Positions 44,201 to 53,500 of a DNA stretch of 64,000 nt are shown piece by piece. This stretch comes from Ostreococcus lucimarinus. Its lineage: Eukaryota. A program made the translations under genes and the position numbers. Every line of letters begins with the position of its first letter. Position 1 is the first letter of the stretch. The DNA lies in the NCBI GenBank assembly GCA_000092065.1, contig CP000582.1, one strand, 5' to 3'. The notes below the pieces were generated by a model. That model saw only the letters and a list, made by a program, of their open reading frames with translations. It searched no databases and was not told the origin of the DNA.

Positions 44201-44320
44201 ATGAGGGACAAGAGGGACGACATCAAAACAATATCGAACAGATACCTATCACTTCTGAATTTAAAACGGGCAAGTTGGAAATGTGTTCCACCCGAGGACG
44301 ACAGTGCAAGTCAGAGTTGA
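41201..44320 (+). CDS. THO2: THO complex subunit 2 (THOC2/Tho2)-like protein, 1039-aa ORF, probably N-terminal and central domains only
   Basis: The segment LHSDELWGLVSPEFYLTFWSLNLEDVYVPKELY matches the conserved Tho2 motif (..LSP.FY.TFWSL...D..VP...Y) as I remember it. The rest is a long alpha-helical protein. It ends 200 bp before a transposon-like insertion. Confidence 0.55.
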   Translation: MSNTDDRFASLMQISRDDPSNSDDYFWVRLSAAESSALSVDPLTLQNEIHADHAMVNGLLLNADTNFIEAQRLSIGSWSRKELRTNTKITYQLPKSDLLAENLEGYARALSTLRMDSLTTSGRRHSKLIVESHTLMGLFKLNPLRVFDLVFDSVRELADSKHGDAFATSLESSTHLSDIIGFRLTRCADFKRRHKIAQFELKIAAEKENTEIGRLYPYLLPVDRSLYDKARSLQGVSPVDELYSDEPKFLFLESTGSKAGLLPIQASVERIIRLGCGTHALPKLRAKMCEQLKKRIHDEKEKHDENQKLESILRIVFFLGPNVCCDAALTTELLKYFQRVVANKREHLKLIEPAIAKCLLPGLPLLRPNPLICEYIWKVVHQLPLASRGKIYKHAMFVTCSTRLTQIKSSADKSIMRILRRLSNQNAKELGRKLGKLALCHPLTVTKAVLQQVQAYPNMIAPIVQALKYCTALTFDTLTFSVLEHFTETKSKLKEDGQNFSLWFSALCSFSGTLLRQYHDIELNDLLRYILKKLDEGEVLDLLILKDLISKLTGIEILKDVSSLEIQRMAAGEKLRGLHENSTSTDSKRRMKGILRLRTAIEGSDASKSMMLRLLLAIAKCRQRIVLKTASAQMKFLGQLFDECHVVLLQYISFLHTAYSVAELKNSLPEIQSLLCEHQLDAAVVFHLYRPILRQTLFSSLDTSSSLAESHNQYWKKLSRDVKASLHSDELWGLVSPEFYLTFWSLNLEDVYVPKELYAKARARTVKYGSTASSTFDQVTQLPSNVVHDELAESLNVELQQLIEHVSRGTQCILRKNSTWVQTADNLSPASVILETCVLPRCKISHADALYCSNFVELVGRSDTDSFSFIQYYDTLFRNVSYLIYACSEFENKFFATFLTSGMAQLTRWRACDVYKRECWQRSEFRNCLNQSSVEASFKDYLRVLYKWEHRLTKGILRNLQNEDYMEVANSLSSLIAIVDTFPVTELLGNYIYSQVKRISMRDKRDDIKTISNRYLSLLNLKRASWKCVPPEDDSASQS

Positions 44321-44538
44321 CAGGACACGACTCGCACCAACCATATCGTGGTAATGCTGAATGATGCTAATTTTGAGCTATCGACGCAAACAACTCTAGA
44401 CCTAAATTTAGTGGTTTACCATCAAATGATCACACACGCCGACGGTACGCAACTTGCTATCGAAACCAAGGTTTCTCTCGTAAGTGTTCTCACAGCAGCG
44501 CCTCCAGCACCGTGCGCTTGCATACGTATCATATCATA

Positions 44539-45957
44539 TGATACTACCTCCATTCGGAAAGTAATGAGAATGAGCCTTGTTATACGCGATGTCACAGGAT
44601 ATCGAGGCGTGCCGTACATGGCTAGAAAGCTGTTGAAATTTCCCGTACGCTGGCGCAAGTTCCCCTGTGTGAATGTGCGTAAAATCGCCGATGCATGATG
44701 ATTTCCATTTTGCTTCATTTACAAAATGATAGGAAAATGCGAAAAAAGTTGCAAAAGTTCGAGAGCGATTTAGCTAAATTTTCACCCCTCTTAGGGTTTT
44801 GTCCTTTTCTCTACGCATGTCCGCCCATCGACGAAGAAACTCTCTACGCGCGTGCTCCGCGCGTCAGCGCGCGCGCGGACGTCACTAATGGACCCGGGGT
44901 GCGACGGAGAGCTCGCACGCTAAGTTTCACATGATTTGGCCGCTTGGTGTGCTAAACCGAGGCACTGAGCGCCGAGGGAGCGACGAGGAGCGCACGCCAT
45001 CAAGTTCGAATCGCGCGCGTCGACGGACGAAGTTGGAGGTTCACGGCGACGCGCGTACGCGACCGAAGAGCGCGAGGCTGCGGAAGCGTAAGGAAACACC
45101 CTCGCGCATAGTTCCCGGCCCTCTGTTGAGTCCGTTCAAGGCTCCAAGCGGCGTGCGCGCGCGCGATGGACGGGAACTGAGCGACACGGAGAGAGCCGCT
45201 TTCGCGAAGTGCATGCACTTTGCGACGCGTTGCGGACAAGCCTCGGTAGCAGACGTATGCAAGGAATGGGGAATAAGCAAGTCTCATGGATACAAGATCT
45301 TAAATCGGTGGCGAACGGAGGAGAGCGTCCAGTCTCGACCCAGAAGTGGGCGCCCACGCGCATTGACGGAGGAGGACATGCACACGCTCGAGTGCCTGTC
45401 GGAAGAGCTCAAAGGTTACTTCACGTGGGAATCGCTGGCGAAGCGGTTCACGGAAAAAACAGGTAAGCGCGTGTCGTGTACAGCTGTGTATAGTTCTTGT
45501 AAATCAGCCGGCTGGCGCCAAGTGTGCGAGCGTTATGTACCTTGCCTCAGCGCAACAGACGTGGCGAGAAGATTGGAGCAATACCATGAATACCATGACC
45601 GCGAGAGACTTGAGAGGTGCTGGGATGTCAAAACCGCAGTCACTAAATGCATCCTCGACGCCAACGGAACGAACGATTACAAGCTACCGCACGGTATCAA
45701 GCACGAGGAACCCATTTTTGTCGATATTTTCTTAGATTCGGACGATACAGACGATCCGGTGGCGCGCACTTTGGACTACGAAGGTCTGCATGCCTCACTC
45801 CCTTCTTCTCTCCCACGATAAATTTATGTTGCAAAAGTTGCGACCCCCTCGATTTTCCTCGAGTTGTAACTCAAGAAAAAAAACGCGGAAAAAAGACCCC
45901 CTCACGATTTCACGAATCACGAACCGTCTCATTACTTTCCGAATGGAGGTAGTATCA
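44539..45957. mobile_element. Tc1/mariner-like DNA transposon remnant: 31-bp inverted repeats flanking an ORF that encodes only the paired-type HTH DNA-binding domain (no DDE domain)
   Basis: Perfect inverted repeats sit at 44539..44569 (tgATACTACCTCCATTCGGAAAGTAATGAGa) and 45927..45957. There is a TA at 44537..44538. The internal ORF 44931..45821 contains CKEWGISKSHGYKILNRW ... SGRPRALTEEDMHTLECL ... GKRVSCTAVYSSCKSAGWR, the Tc1-type bipartite HTH. The TIRs share ATTACTTTCC with the MITE TIRs. Confidence 0.6.
44931..45821 (+). pseudogene. Truncated Tc1/mariner-type transposase gene (HTH domains only, catalytic DDE region absent)
   Basis: See the element above. The 296 aa have a basic, low-complexity N-terminus followed by two HTH units. 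No D..D..E triad is visible. Confidence 0.5.
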
Positions 45958-46010
45958 GTATATATTACTTGCCACGTCCCTAATACGTGCGTGCCATCGG
46001 AAGTGCGTAC
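45955..46010 (+). mobile_element. Truncated copy (5' 56 bp) of the Stowaway-like MITE, abutting the right inverted repeat of the Tc1-like remnant
   Basis: tcagtatatattacttgccacgtccctaatacgtgcgtgccatcggaagtgcgtac matches 29872..29928 (tcagtatatattactttccacgtccccaatacgtgcgtaccgtcggaagtgct). Confidence 0.6.
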
Positions 46011-46921
46011 GAACCCCGTTTCTCAGTTAGACTTCCAATTCCTCAAATTATATCGGCGTTTATATCATTAAATATGTCACATGTGATCGTGTACTCATCT
46101 TTAAAACTACGGTGCGTTACGGACAGGTCACGTGGCGTTTCCCCTCGTTTGTCGGACGTATACTTCGTCACTCCTGATCAATCTTTGAGAGAAATGGACG
46201 GCGTTTGGAAGCTGAGAAGTGTGTCCAAATTTGTGACGACCGACAGCCTCTGGGAAATGGGTCCACACCGATACTCGGGTTTCATACGCTACAACGTGGC
46301 TGGGGGGCTCGTTAGCGTGTGCTTTAGTCCTTACGACAAAGTAAACCATTTGACAATTTTCACTGGGCGATCTTCACAGGGGTTGATATCCTTCGTCAAG
46401 GTTGATGACTCTCCACTGTTTCACTTATCCACGCTCTAAAGATTTGTAGGTTGCGCTCGCCCTATACGTTACCTTGGTGAGTTGTTTTCGTCATAAAGTA
46501 GTTGCCTATGCTGGTAAAGTATCTGTACACGCAAGTACGTCGTTCTGATGGTCAGGAATCGCTCACGAAATTAATCTACGAAAGGCGGCGTTGTTTCACA
46601 TATTCTTCACACGTTCACTGGACAAGTATCTGCGGCTGCAGTAGAGGTTAGTCAGTTCTGATTTCTTAGCAACGCACACCAATTTTGTGAATAGGGAAAA
46701 GGGGAATTAAAAAGAACTTATGCGCTTTACAAGGTAATGACTCTTTTCATGACCGAAACCTTCATTCAAGAGAAAGTTTTCGCCTAGTATGGCCCATGTT
46801 TGAACATGTTATCCTTGAGAACACACGAAGAGAAAGAAAGACTTTGCCTTATATGGAAAAAGCTGTAAATTATCGGAATGATGAGCAAAGAGTACAAAAA
46901 CGGTACTCCAGAAGTGCACAG

Positions 46922-48644
46922 CTACCAAGGCACCTTAGTATAGCTGTGCATGTCATGTATACCGCCCTCTCGCTGAGCTGCGCCAGTTCGCGCCTCCATC
47001 GTCATCGTTCCACTAGCTAAAATCTGATGCGCTTTTGTAAGTGAATCCGCTCCGAGATCTTGAAAACCTTGCTTGACACCGTGCACGAGATACGGAATCA
47101 TAGTTTTCACAGAGCCCTTGTCTCGAACCGTACCAGATACACCTTGAGCAATCTTCAGGTGCCCAGATTCGCTCAGATAGCGAGAATCGCTCCCCTTCTT
47201 CATAGCGTCAAGGCTACCCATTCCACGATACTTTTTTACGCGGACGCCGTCTTGATAGAAGTATTGTCCTGGTGCTTCTGTGGTACCCGAAAACATAGAA
47301 CCACACATGGCGACACTAGCCCCAAGCGCCAACGCTTTGACAATGTGGCCACTGTTTTGGATGCCTCCATCGGCGATGATAGGAACATTGAACTCTTTAG
47401 CTATTTGCCCCACCTTGTAAACGGCTGTCGCCTGTCCTCGACCAACGGCACATACTTCTTGTGTTGTACATATACTGCCGGAACCCATACCAACGCGAAG
47501 CCCGTCAGCGCCAACTTCGAGTAGACGTCGAGCCTGATTCTGTGTGACAACATTTCCAGCGATTACATCCACGTGCGGAAGCTCGTTTTTCAAGTACTTG
47601 ATCATTTCTAGCTGATAAATAGAATCGCCTTGAGATGAATCCAGAATGATGGCATCCACTCCAGCATCTGCGAGATATTTAGCGCGGACACGATCGGCGT
47701 CTCGCGTTCCGATGGCGGCCCCACACAGCAAACGACCATGTTTATCGATAGAAGGAACTCCACTTGGTGGTCTATTTAACCTATCTTTTATGGTCGCTCG
47801 CGTCAACAAGCCAATCAAATATCGCTTTGCATCTACGATGGGTAGCTTTCCCCTTTTACTCTCAAGAAGAATTTGCTCGTTCTCTTGTGCACTCTTCTCG
47901 GTAGAACCGAGCACCAGGTCGTCGACGGAAGTCATGACTTCAGAAAGTAAGGTGTTGCGATCGCGCACAAGTTCAGCGTCACGAGTAGTTACTAAACCGA
48001 GTAGAGCACTACCACAAGTTCCACTTTCACTGATGCAAACTGAGCTGAAACCTCGAGCTGCGCGCAACTCGTCCAAATCTCGAAGTGTTGCACTTGGGCG
48101 CAGAACTGCCGGATTTGCGACGTATCCGGGTCTATGCGACTTGACTATCTTCGCATGTTCAAGTTGAGATTCCATCTACGACGAATCATAAGTTAGAGAC
48201 GTAAAAAATGCGTTGGACTGTCGTACCGCCATGTTGTAGTGAAGGAAACCCATCCCTCCAGCCTCAGCCATTGCGATGGCCATATCAGACTCGGTGACTG
48301 TATAAATCCATTAAGCCTTGTAAATCGTAAAGATATAGTTGCGACCAACCTGTATCCATCGGAGAGCTCACCATTGGCGTTCGGATCGACACATTTCTAC
48401 TCACTCGTGTTGAGAGATCAACCTGTGGGTGTTTGAATCAAGTTGCTGTTAAGTGCGTGCCGAACGATCAAACGTACCTGGTCAGCCGCAAAATCGATGA
48501 AACCAGGATGGAAGATAACATCATCGTATGTGTAGCAAAATCCTAGTCATGAAATTGGTAAGCCGCGAAGAGTCGAAACACACTTCGGCTTCACTTACCC
48601 TGGTTGAAAAGAGCCTCGCCGGGGAAGCCATCGAGGGAAGCCAT
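46922..48644 (-). CDS. IMPDH: Inosine-5'-monophosphate dehydrogenase (IMPDH), about 6 exons
   Basis: The large 3' exon 46922..48175 has GSMGSGSICTTQEVCAVGRGQATAV, the CBS pair and the C-terminal flap. The 5' micro-exons found in reverse complement are MASLDGFPGEALFNQG|GTAAGT (from 48644), YDDVIFHPGFIDFAADQ|GTACGT, VDLSTRVSRNVSIRTPMVSSPMDT-, -VTESDMAIAMAEAGGMGFLHYNMA|GTACGA, then cgtcgtag|MESQLEH... The motifs match IMPDH N-termini. Confidence 0.85.
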
Positions 48645-49035
48645 GACGATACGATTTCAGACGCAGATGAGGAATGAAAACGAACAGTAGTGATAAGAAG
48701 TGATATGATACGACGCAGCGACGCAGCGCGCGCGCACCTATGCCGGGGACCGCGCGACGTGTTCAACCCGTTGGGGGTGAAATACAGAGCTACACTAATC
48801 GTTCGTATAATAAAGTTATTACTGGTATCTCCGTTCGAGCGAGTTGTTTCTTGAGCAGACACTTGGACTAGAGGACCCGTCTCCTGAAGTGCCGGCACCC
48901 GCATAAAGCACAACCGTGGCGAGACGAAGACTAGTCGCATACTTCGGTAGTTCGCCAAACTGTAAGCTGTACGTTTGCGGAACTTCTGATCACTTACAAT
49001 TACATTACGGTTGTGAGTGCACTCTTCCTCGTTAA

Positions 49036-50065
49036 ATGCTTTTTCAGGCAACGAGGAGCGTCGCGAGGAAAGCTCACAGCTGTCGCTATTTTCGTTGCTT
49101 CTCTCAGAAGTCAGCAGCGCCATTCAAAACCGAGACTCGCTTCACCCTAGGAGAACTGCGCAAGAAGTACCAATCATCGAAGCCTATTACCGCCGTCACT
49201 GCATATGACTACCCGAGTGCGAAGCAGGTAAGTTCAGTACTCGTTCAGACAAGCCGAAACTAAGCAATTATAGGTTGATAGTGCAGGCATTGACGTGGTT
49301 TTAGTTGGAGATTCTGCAGCGATGGTTGTGCACGGGCATGAAACAACGTTGCCTATCACACTGAATGACATGATCACGCATACAAAAGCTGTAAAGAGGG
49401 CAGTACAGCGTGCTATGGTAGTGAGCGATTTACCTTTTGGCAGTTACGAAGAGAGTACGGACTACGCCGTGCGTTCTGCCTTGATGTTGATAAAAGAAGG
49501 CCTTGCGGACGCAGTCAAACTTGAAGGTGCCATAGAACCTAGGCTTCGTGTCGTTAGAGCAATTAAAAACGCTGGAATCCCTGTCATGGGTCACGTCGGC
49601 CTAACTCCGCAGTCTGTGAATGTTTTGGGAGGTTTCAAGCCACAGGGCCAGAAAGCAGTCGACGCGATGCAATTGGTGGAACATGCGATTAGCTTAGAAG
49701 ATGCCGGGTGTTTTGCTATAGTTATAGAGTGCGTACCGGAGGCAGTTGCTTCGGCTATTACACGTGTCATCAATATTCCCACCATAGGTATAGGGGCTGG
49801 GCAGCACACCAGTGGGCAGATTCTCGTATATCATGATCTTCTGGGCTTGACTGAGCATCCTCATCATTCAAATGTTGCTCCAAAATTCTGCAAGCAATAT
49901 GCACAACTTGGTATGGTTGCACGTTCTGCACTGTGCTCCTTCAAGGCAGAAGTTGAGAATAAAATTTTTCCTGGCGCAGCGTTTTCTCCTTATACTATGC
50001 AACAAGATGAACTTCAGCACTTCGCAGAAATGCTCAAGAGGCAGGGTTTTGAGCAAATCACGTAG
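49036..50065 (+). CDS. panB: 3-methyl-2-oxobutanoate hydroxymethyltransferase (ketopantoate hydroxymethyltransferase PanB), 2 exons, with an N-terminal presequence
   Basis: Exon 1 is 49036..49227 (...PITAVTAYDYPSAKQ, donor CAG|GTAAGT). Exon 2 is 49274..50065 (VDSAGIDVVLVGDSAAMVVHGHETTLPITL..., acceptor tatag|). It contains the PanB signature GVD..LVGDS..MV..G and GHVGLTPQ. Both exons are in frame and the intron is phase 0. Confidence 0.85.
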
Positions 50066-50395
50066 AGCAAAAGAAAAGCGTGACGTTAGTTGAACTGGTT
50101 CCGATGGCTACCATTTTTTGTGTAAAAATTAATTCCCCCCGCCCACATATACTATGTATATTACACGCTGGAACGAGAACTAATTCTTATAGCTTCCCAT
50201 GCTAAATTGAATCAGCGCTCAGCCTGCAAACTTGAACTCCAACCCGTCGCTCGCGCTCTGTTCGTCGCAACGTGGCGCGGGAGAAGACGCGTTTCCCCGT
50301 GTAGTTCCGGTCGAAGAGGCGGCAGATCCGCGACACTACCTCATCGTACAGTTCAAACAACACTGAAAGTAGCATCGCTCTCAGGGGAGAAATTA

Positions 50396-53002
50396 ATGAC
50401 TTCTCCGATCGCAGATTTTAACAGGAAGAGAGATGAGGATTCAGTCGAAGAGCTTTCTCCATTTTGGGGAATAGAAAAAGGCATAGTACTGCAAGAAGCT
50501 CGTTGTTTCAACGATCCACAGTTGGATGCACGTAAATGCCAACAGGTGATCACAAAGCTTCTATACCTGCATGTTCAAGGGGAGTTTTTCACAAAAACAG
50601 AGATAACAGAGATCTTCTTTTCAGTAACAAAGTTGTTTCAGTCGAAAAATAACAATCTCAGAAGGATGCTCTATCTCATCATAAAGGAGATTTGTCCAAC
50701 CTCTGACGAAGTTATTATCGTTACTTCATCGTTGATGAAAGATATGAACAGTAAAGTTGATCTATACCGAGCCAACGCGATTCGTGTTCTTTGTTGCATA
50801 GCGGACTCAGCAATACTAGGCCAGATCGAGCGTTACCTGAAACAAGCGATAGTTGACCGGAGTGATGCCGTGTCTTCTGCTGCCTTGATATCAGCAACGC
50901 ATTTGTCACTTGCAGATGTTGATATCGTGCGCCGATGGAGCAGCGAAATCCAAGAGGCAGTCAATTCGTCTTCTCCTGAGGTACAGTTTCATGCCTTGGG
51001 GCTTCTGTACGAGATTCGTAAATTCGATAGACTCTCAATCAACAAGCTAGTCGCGCAATTGACCCGAACACAACTTAGATCCCCGTTAGCACAGTGTTTG
51101 CTTATCAGGTATGTTTCAGAAGTGATTAAAGACAGTGCGGAAGATACTGTGGCTCCACTGCACACGTTTCTACAGAGCTGCATGAGGCATAAATCAGAAA
51201 TTGTCGTCTTTGAAAGCATACGTGCAATCACGTCTCAACATGACTTGGAAGCGCACCAATTGGTGTCGGTTGTGAACGTTCTCCAGCTCCTGCTATCGTC
51301 ACCGAAACCAAGTTCACGCTTTGCCGCGATGAGAGTTATCAATAAATTGGCTTTTCTATTCCCAGATCTGATATCAAACTGCAACGCTGATATCGAAAAT
51401 CTCATATCTGACGAGAACAAGTCAATAGCTACTCTGGCCATAACCACATTGTTGAAGACAGGCGGCGATGCTGCGGTTGAACGTCTGTTAGCTCGCATTC
51501 ATTCGTTTATGTCAGAGATTCAAGACGAGTTCAAGATAATGATAATAGAGGCAGTGCGAATAACGTGTATACGATGTGCCCATAAGTATCGCATTTTGCT
51601 ATCATTCTTGTCCACGTATTTGCGCGAAGAAGGAGGGTTCGAGTACAAACAATCAATCGTGCGATCTATTGTGCAACTATTTAACGCAATACCAGAGGCA
51701 AAGGAACTTTCACTTTCTTATCTATCAGAGTTCATTGAAGACTGTGAATACACGCAGCTTTCATGCGAAGTGCTGTATTTACTCGGAAAAGAGACACCAT
51801 ACACGACTGATCCTGGAAAGTATCTGAGATACATCTACAATAGGGTGATTCTTGAGAATCCTTCCATTCGAGCGGCCTCTATTTCGGCAATGGCGAGCAT
51901 CGCTGTGCATTGCGAGATGTTAAAGGGACGTGTCTTAGTACTTTTGCGCCGCTGTCTTTTCGATAGTGATGATGAAGTTCGAGATCGAGCGTGCGCATCA
52001 ATTGCACTCCTTGAGAAGGCATCTGCTCAGAAAGCTGGATCCCTTACAACACACACAACTGAAGCTTTCGAAAATGTGTTACTCAAATACTGCCAGTCAA
52101 ACTCAGATGAACCTATTGATCTGCAGACTATCGTCACTTCAAGTTCGGCAAACAGTGAGTCTACTAATAGCGCTTCGGTTCTCGAACAAGAACACGTGAT
52201 TTCTGACATCTCATACTCAAATATAGCTTCAGTGCCATATTTTGCAACGTGTGGCGACGTTTTCAAGAGCTCTATGAAAATTGATCTGACAGAAGACGAA
52301 ACTGAATACAAAATATCGTGTGTCAAGCACATCTTTGATAGTCATATCGTCTTCGAATTCATTTGCAGCAACACTATCAAAGAGCAAGCATTGACAAATG
52401 TGACTGTCGCTATGGAGGCGTTGGGTACAAGTGGGCTCTTAGAGCCGACTGTGCTGCCTCTTAATGTTATGCCACTTACGTCGTATGGGTCAACATTTGT
52501 TGTGTTCGATCATGAAGTCGGCACACAGGTAGAAGAAAGATTCGCTTGTACGTTGAAGTTTGTTTCGAAAGAGATTGACCCTATCACTGGGGCACTCGAA
52601 GATGATGGTTACGAAGATGAGTACTCAATAGAAGATGTTGAGCTTCTTGCTACTGACTTCATGCGTAGTGCTCGGGTTCAAGAATTCAGTCAAGTCTGGA
52701 GCGAAAGTGAATCTTACGTCGAGAACACTTTTTCAAATATCGTCCTGCCTCATGATACGGTTGAAAAATCTGTGAGTCATTTTTCTTCACTGCTTGGCTT
52801 CAGTCCGTGCATTGGGAAAACTGTCACGCGTAATGCAACTTTGCACACCGCGTGTTTTGCCGCAGAATTGTCAACTGGGGAGCATGTACTCATTAAAATT
52901 GCACTAAGTATGGAATCGCAGTCGAGCGTGACCGCAACCGTCACCTGCCGAGCTCCTCAAGCGCAGCTTTGTAACCAAGTACTTAGCGTAATCACTTGTT
53001 AG
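50396..53002 (+). CDS. COPG: Coatomer subunit gamma (COPG), single exon
   Basis: The protein is collinear with COPG end to end. The matching segments are KGIVLQEARCFND..RKCQQVITKLLYL, LRRMLYLIIKEI, VIIVTSSLMKDM, YRANAIRVLC, IERYLKQAIVD, SIATLAITTLLKTG, and the C-terminal appendage domain. The start is assigned to Met at 50396. The ORF is open from 50207. Confidence 0.9.
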   Translation: MTSPIADFNRKRDEDSVEELSPFWGIEKGIVLQEARCFNDPQLDARKCQQVITKLLYLHVQGEFFTKTEITEIFFSVTKLFQSKNNNLRRMLYLIIKEICPTSDEVIIVTSSLMKDMNSKVDLYRANAIRVLCCIADSAILGQIERYLKQAIVDRSDAVSSAALISATHLSLADVDIVRRWSSEIQEAVNSSSPEVQFHALGLLYEIRKFDRLSINKLVAQLTRTQLRSPLAQCLLIRYVSEVIKDSAEDTVAPLHTFLQSCMRHKSEIVVFESIRAITSQHDLEAHQLVSVVNVLQLLLSSPKPSSRFAAMRVINKLAFLFPDLISNCNADIENLISDENKSIATLAITTLLKTGGDAAVERLLARIHSFMSEIQDEFKIMIIEAVRITCIRCAHKYRILLSFLSTYLREEGGFEYKQSIVRSIVQLFNAIPEAKELSLSYLSEFIEDCEYTQLSCEVLYLLGKETPYTTDPGKYLRYIYNRVILENPSIRAASISAMASIAVHCEMLKGRVLVLLRRCLFDSDDEVRDRACASIALLEKASAQKAGSLTTHTTEAFENVLLKYCQSNSDEPIDLQTIVTSSSANSESTNSASVLEQEHVISDISYSNIASVPYFATCGDVFKSSMKIDLTEDETEYKISCVKHIFDSHIVFEFICSNTIKEQALTNVTVAMEALGTSGLLEPTVLPLNVMPLTSYGSTFVVFDHEVGTQVEERFACTLKFVSKEIDPITGALEDDGYEDEYSIEDVELLATDFMRSARVQEFSQVWSESESYVENTFSNIVLPHDTVEKSVSHFSSLLGFSPCIGKTVTRNATLHTACFAAELSTGEHVLIKIALSMESQSSVTATVTCRAPQAQLCNQVLSVITC

Positions 53003-53500
53003 GTGTCATCAGTTTGATGTTATGAATCAGCTACGAGTCTATGATCGCGCCTGGGAAAACGATGAAACGAGTTGGGAATGAGAAATATTTACCGTTACCT
53101 ATGGCACAGACGGTGGTATGGTATGCACGTGCGAATTGGTCTTCTACCCCCCATGCTCCCTATAGGACTTACTCAGACGCTGAAAAACACGTTAAAGATC
53201 TTAAATCACGCACGCTTTCATGTCGGCATGATAATAGATACTCAATCGCTCGTTGAATAATGATTTCATTCTCTGAATGCCCAAGACATTTCAAAGTTTG
53301 AACAAACTCGCCAACAAGTTCAATATCTTGTGCTTCTTGTAAGTATGGTAAGTAATACATAAGAAACCTCCGCTCGATGTCATAGGACGTCAACTTTGGT
53401 TTTATGGTGCACCACGACGTGTTTGTGAATATTCTGTGTGTTACGAAATAGCACTTCTCTTGAAATGCTTTCAATGATGTAAGTTGTGACTGTCTCTATG

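Noticed and set aside
44539-45957. Possibility that the HTH-ORF element is a complete autonomous Tc1/mariner transposon
   Set aside because: No DDE catalytic region is present in any frame that I could see, and the element is only about 1.4 kb. It was kept as a remnant or non-autonomous element.
48521-49123. 200-aa minus-strand ORF upstream of IMPDH
   Set aside because: Its 3' part overlaps the IMPDH 5' micro-exons (48497..48644) in another frame. The IMPDH exon reading (MASLDGFPGEALFNQG, YDDVIFHPGFIDFAADQ, etc.) explains the region. The remainder has no protein-like features.
50207-50395. N-terminal 63-aa extension of the coatomer-gamma ORF (MNQRSACK...)
   Set aside because: COPG homology begins at the internal Met (MTSPIADFNRK..., 50396). 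The extension is Arg/Gly-rich and was not recognised as part of COPG, so it is most likely 5'UTR read-through in frame.
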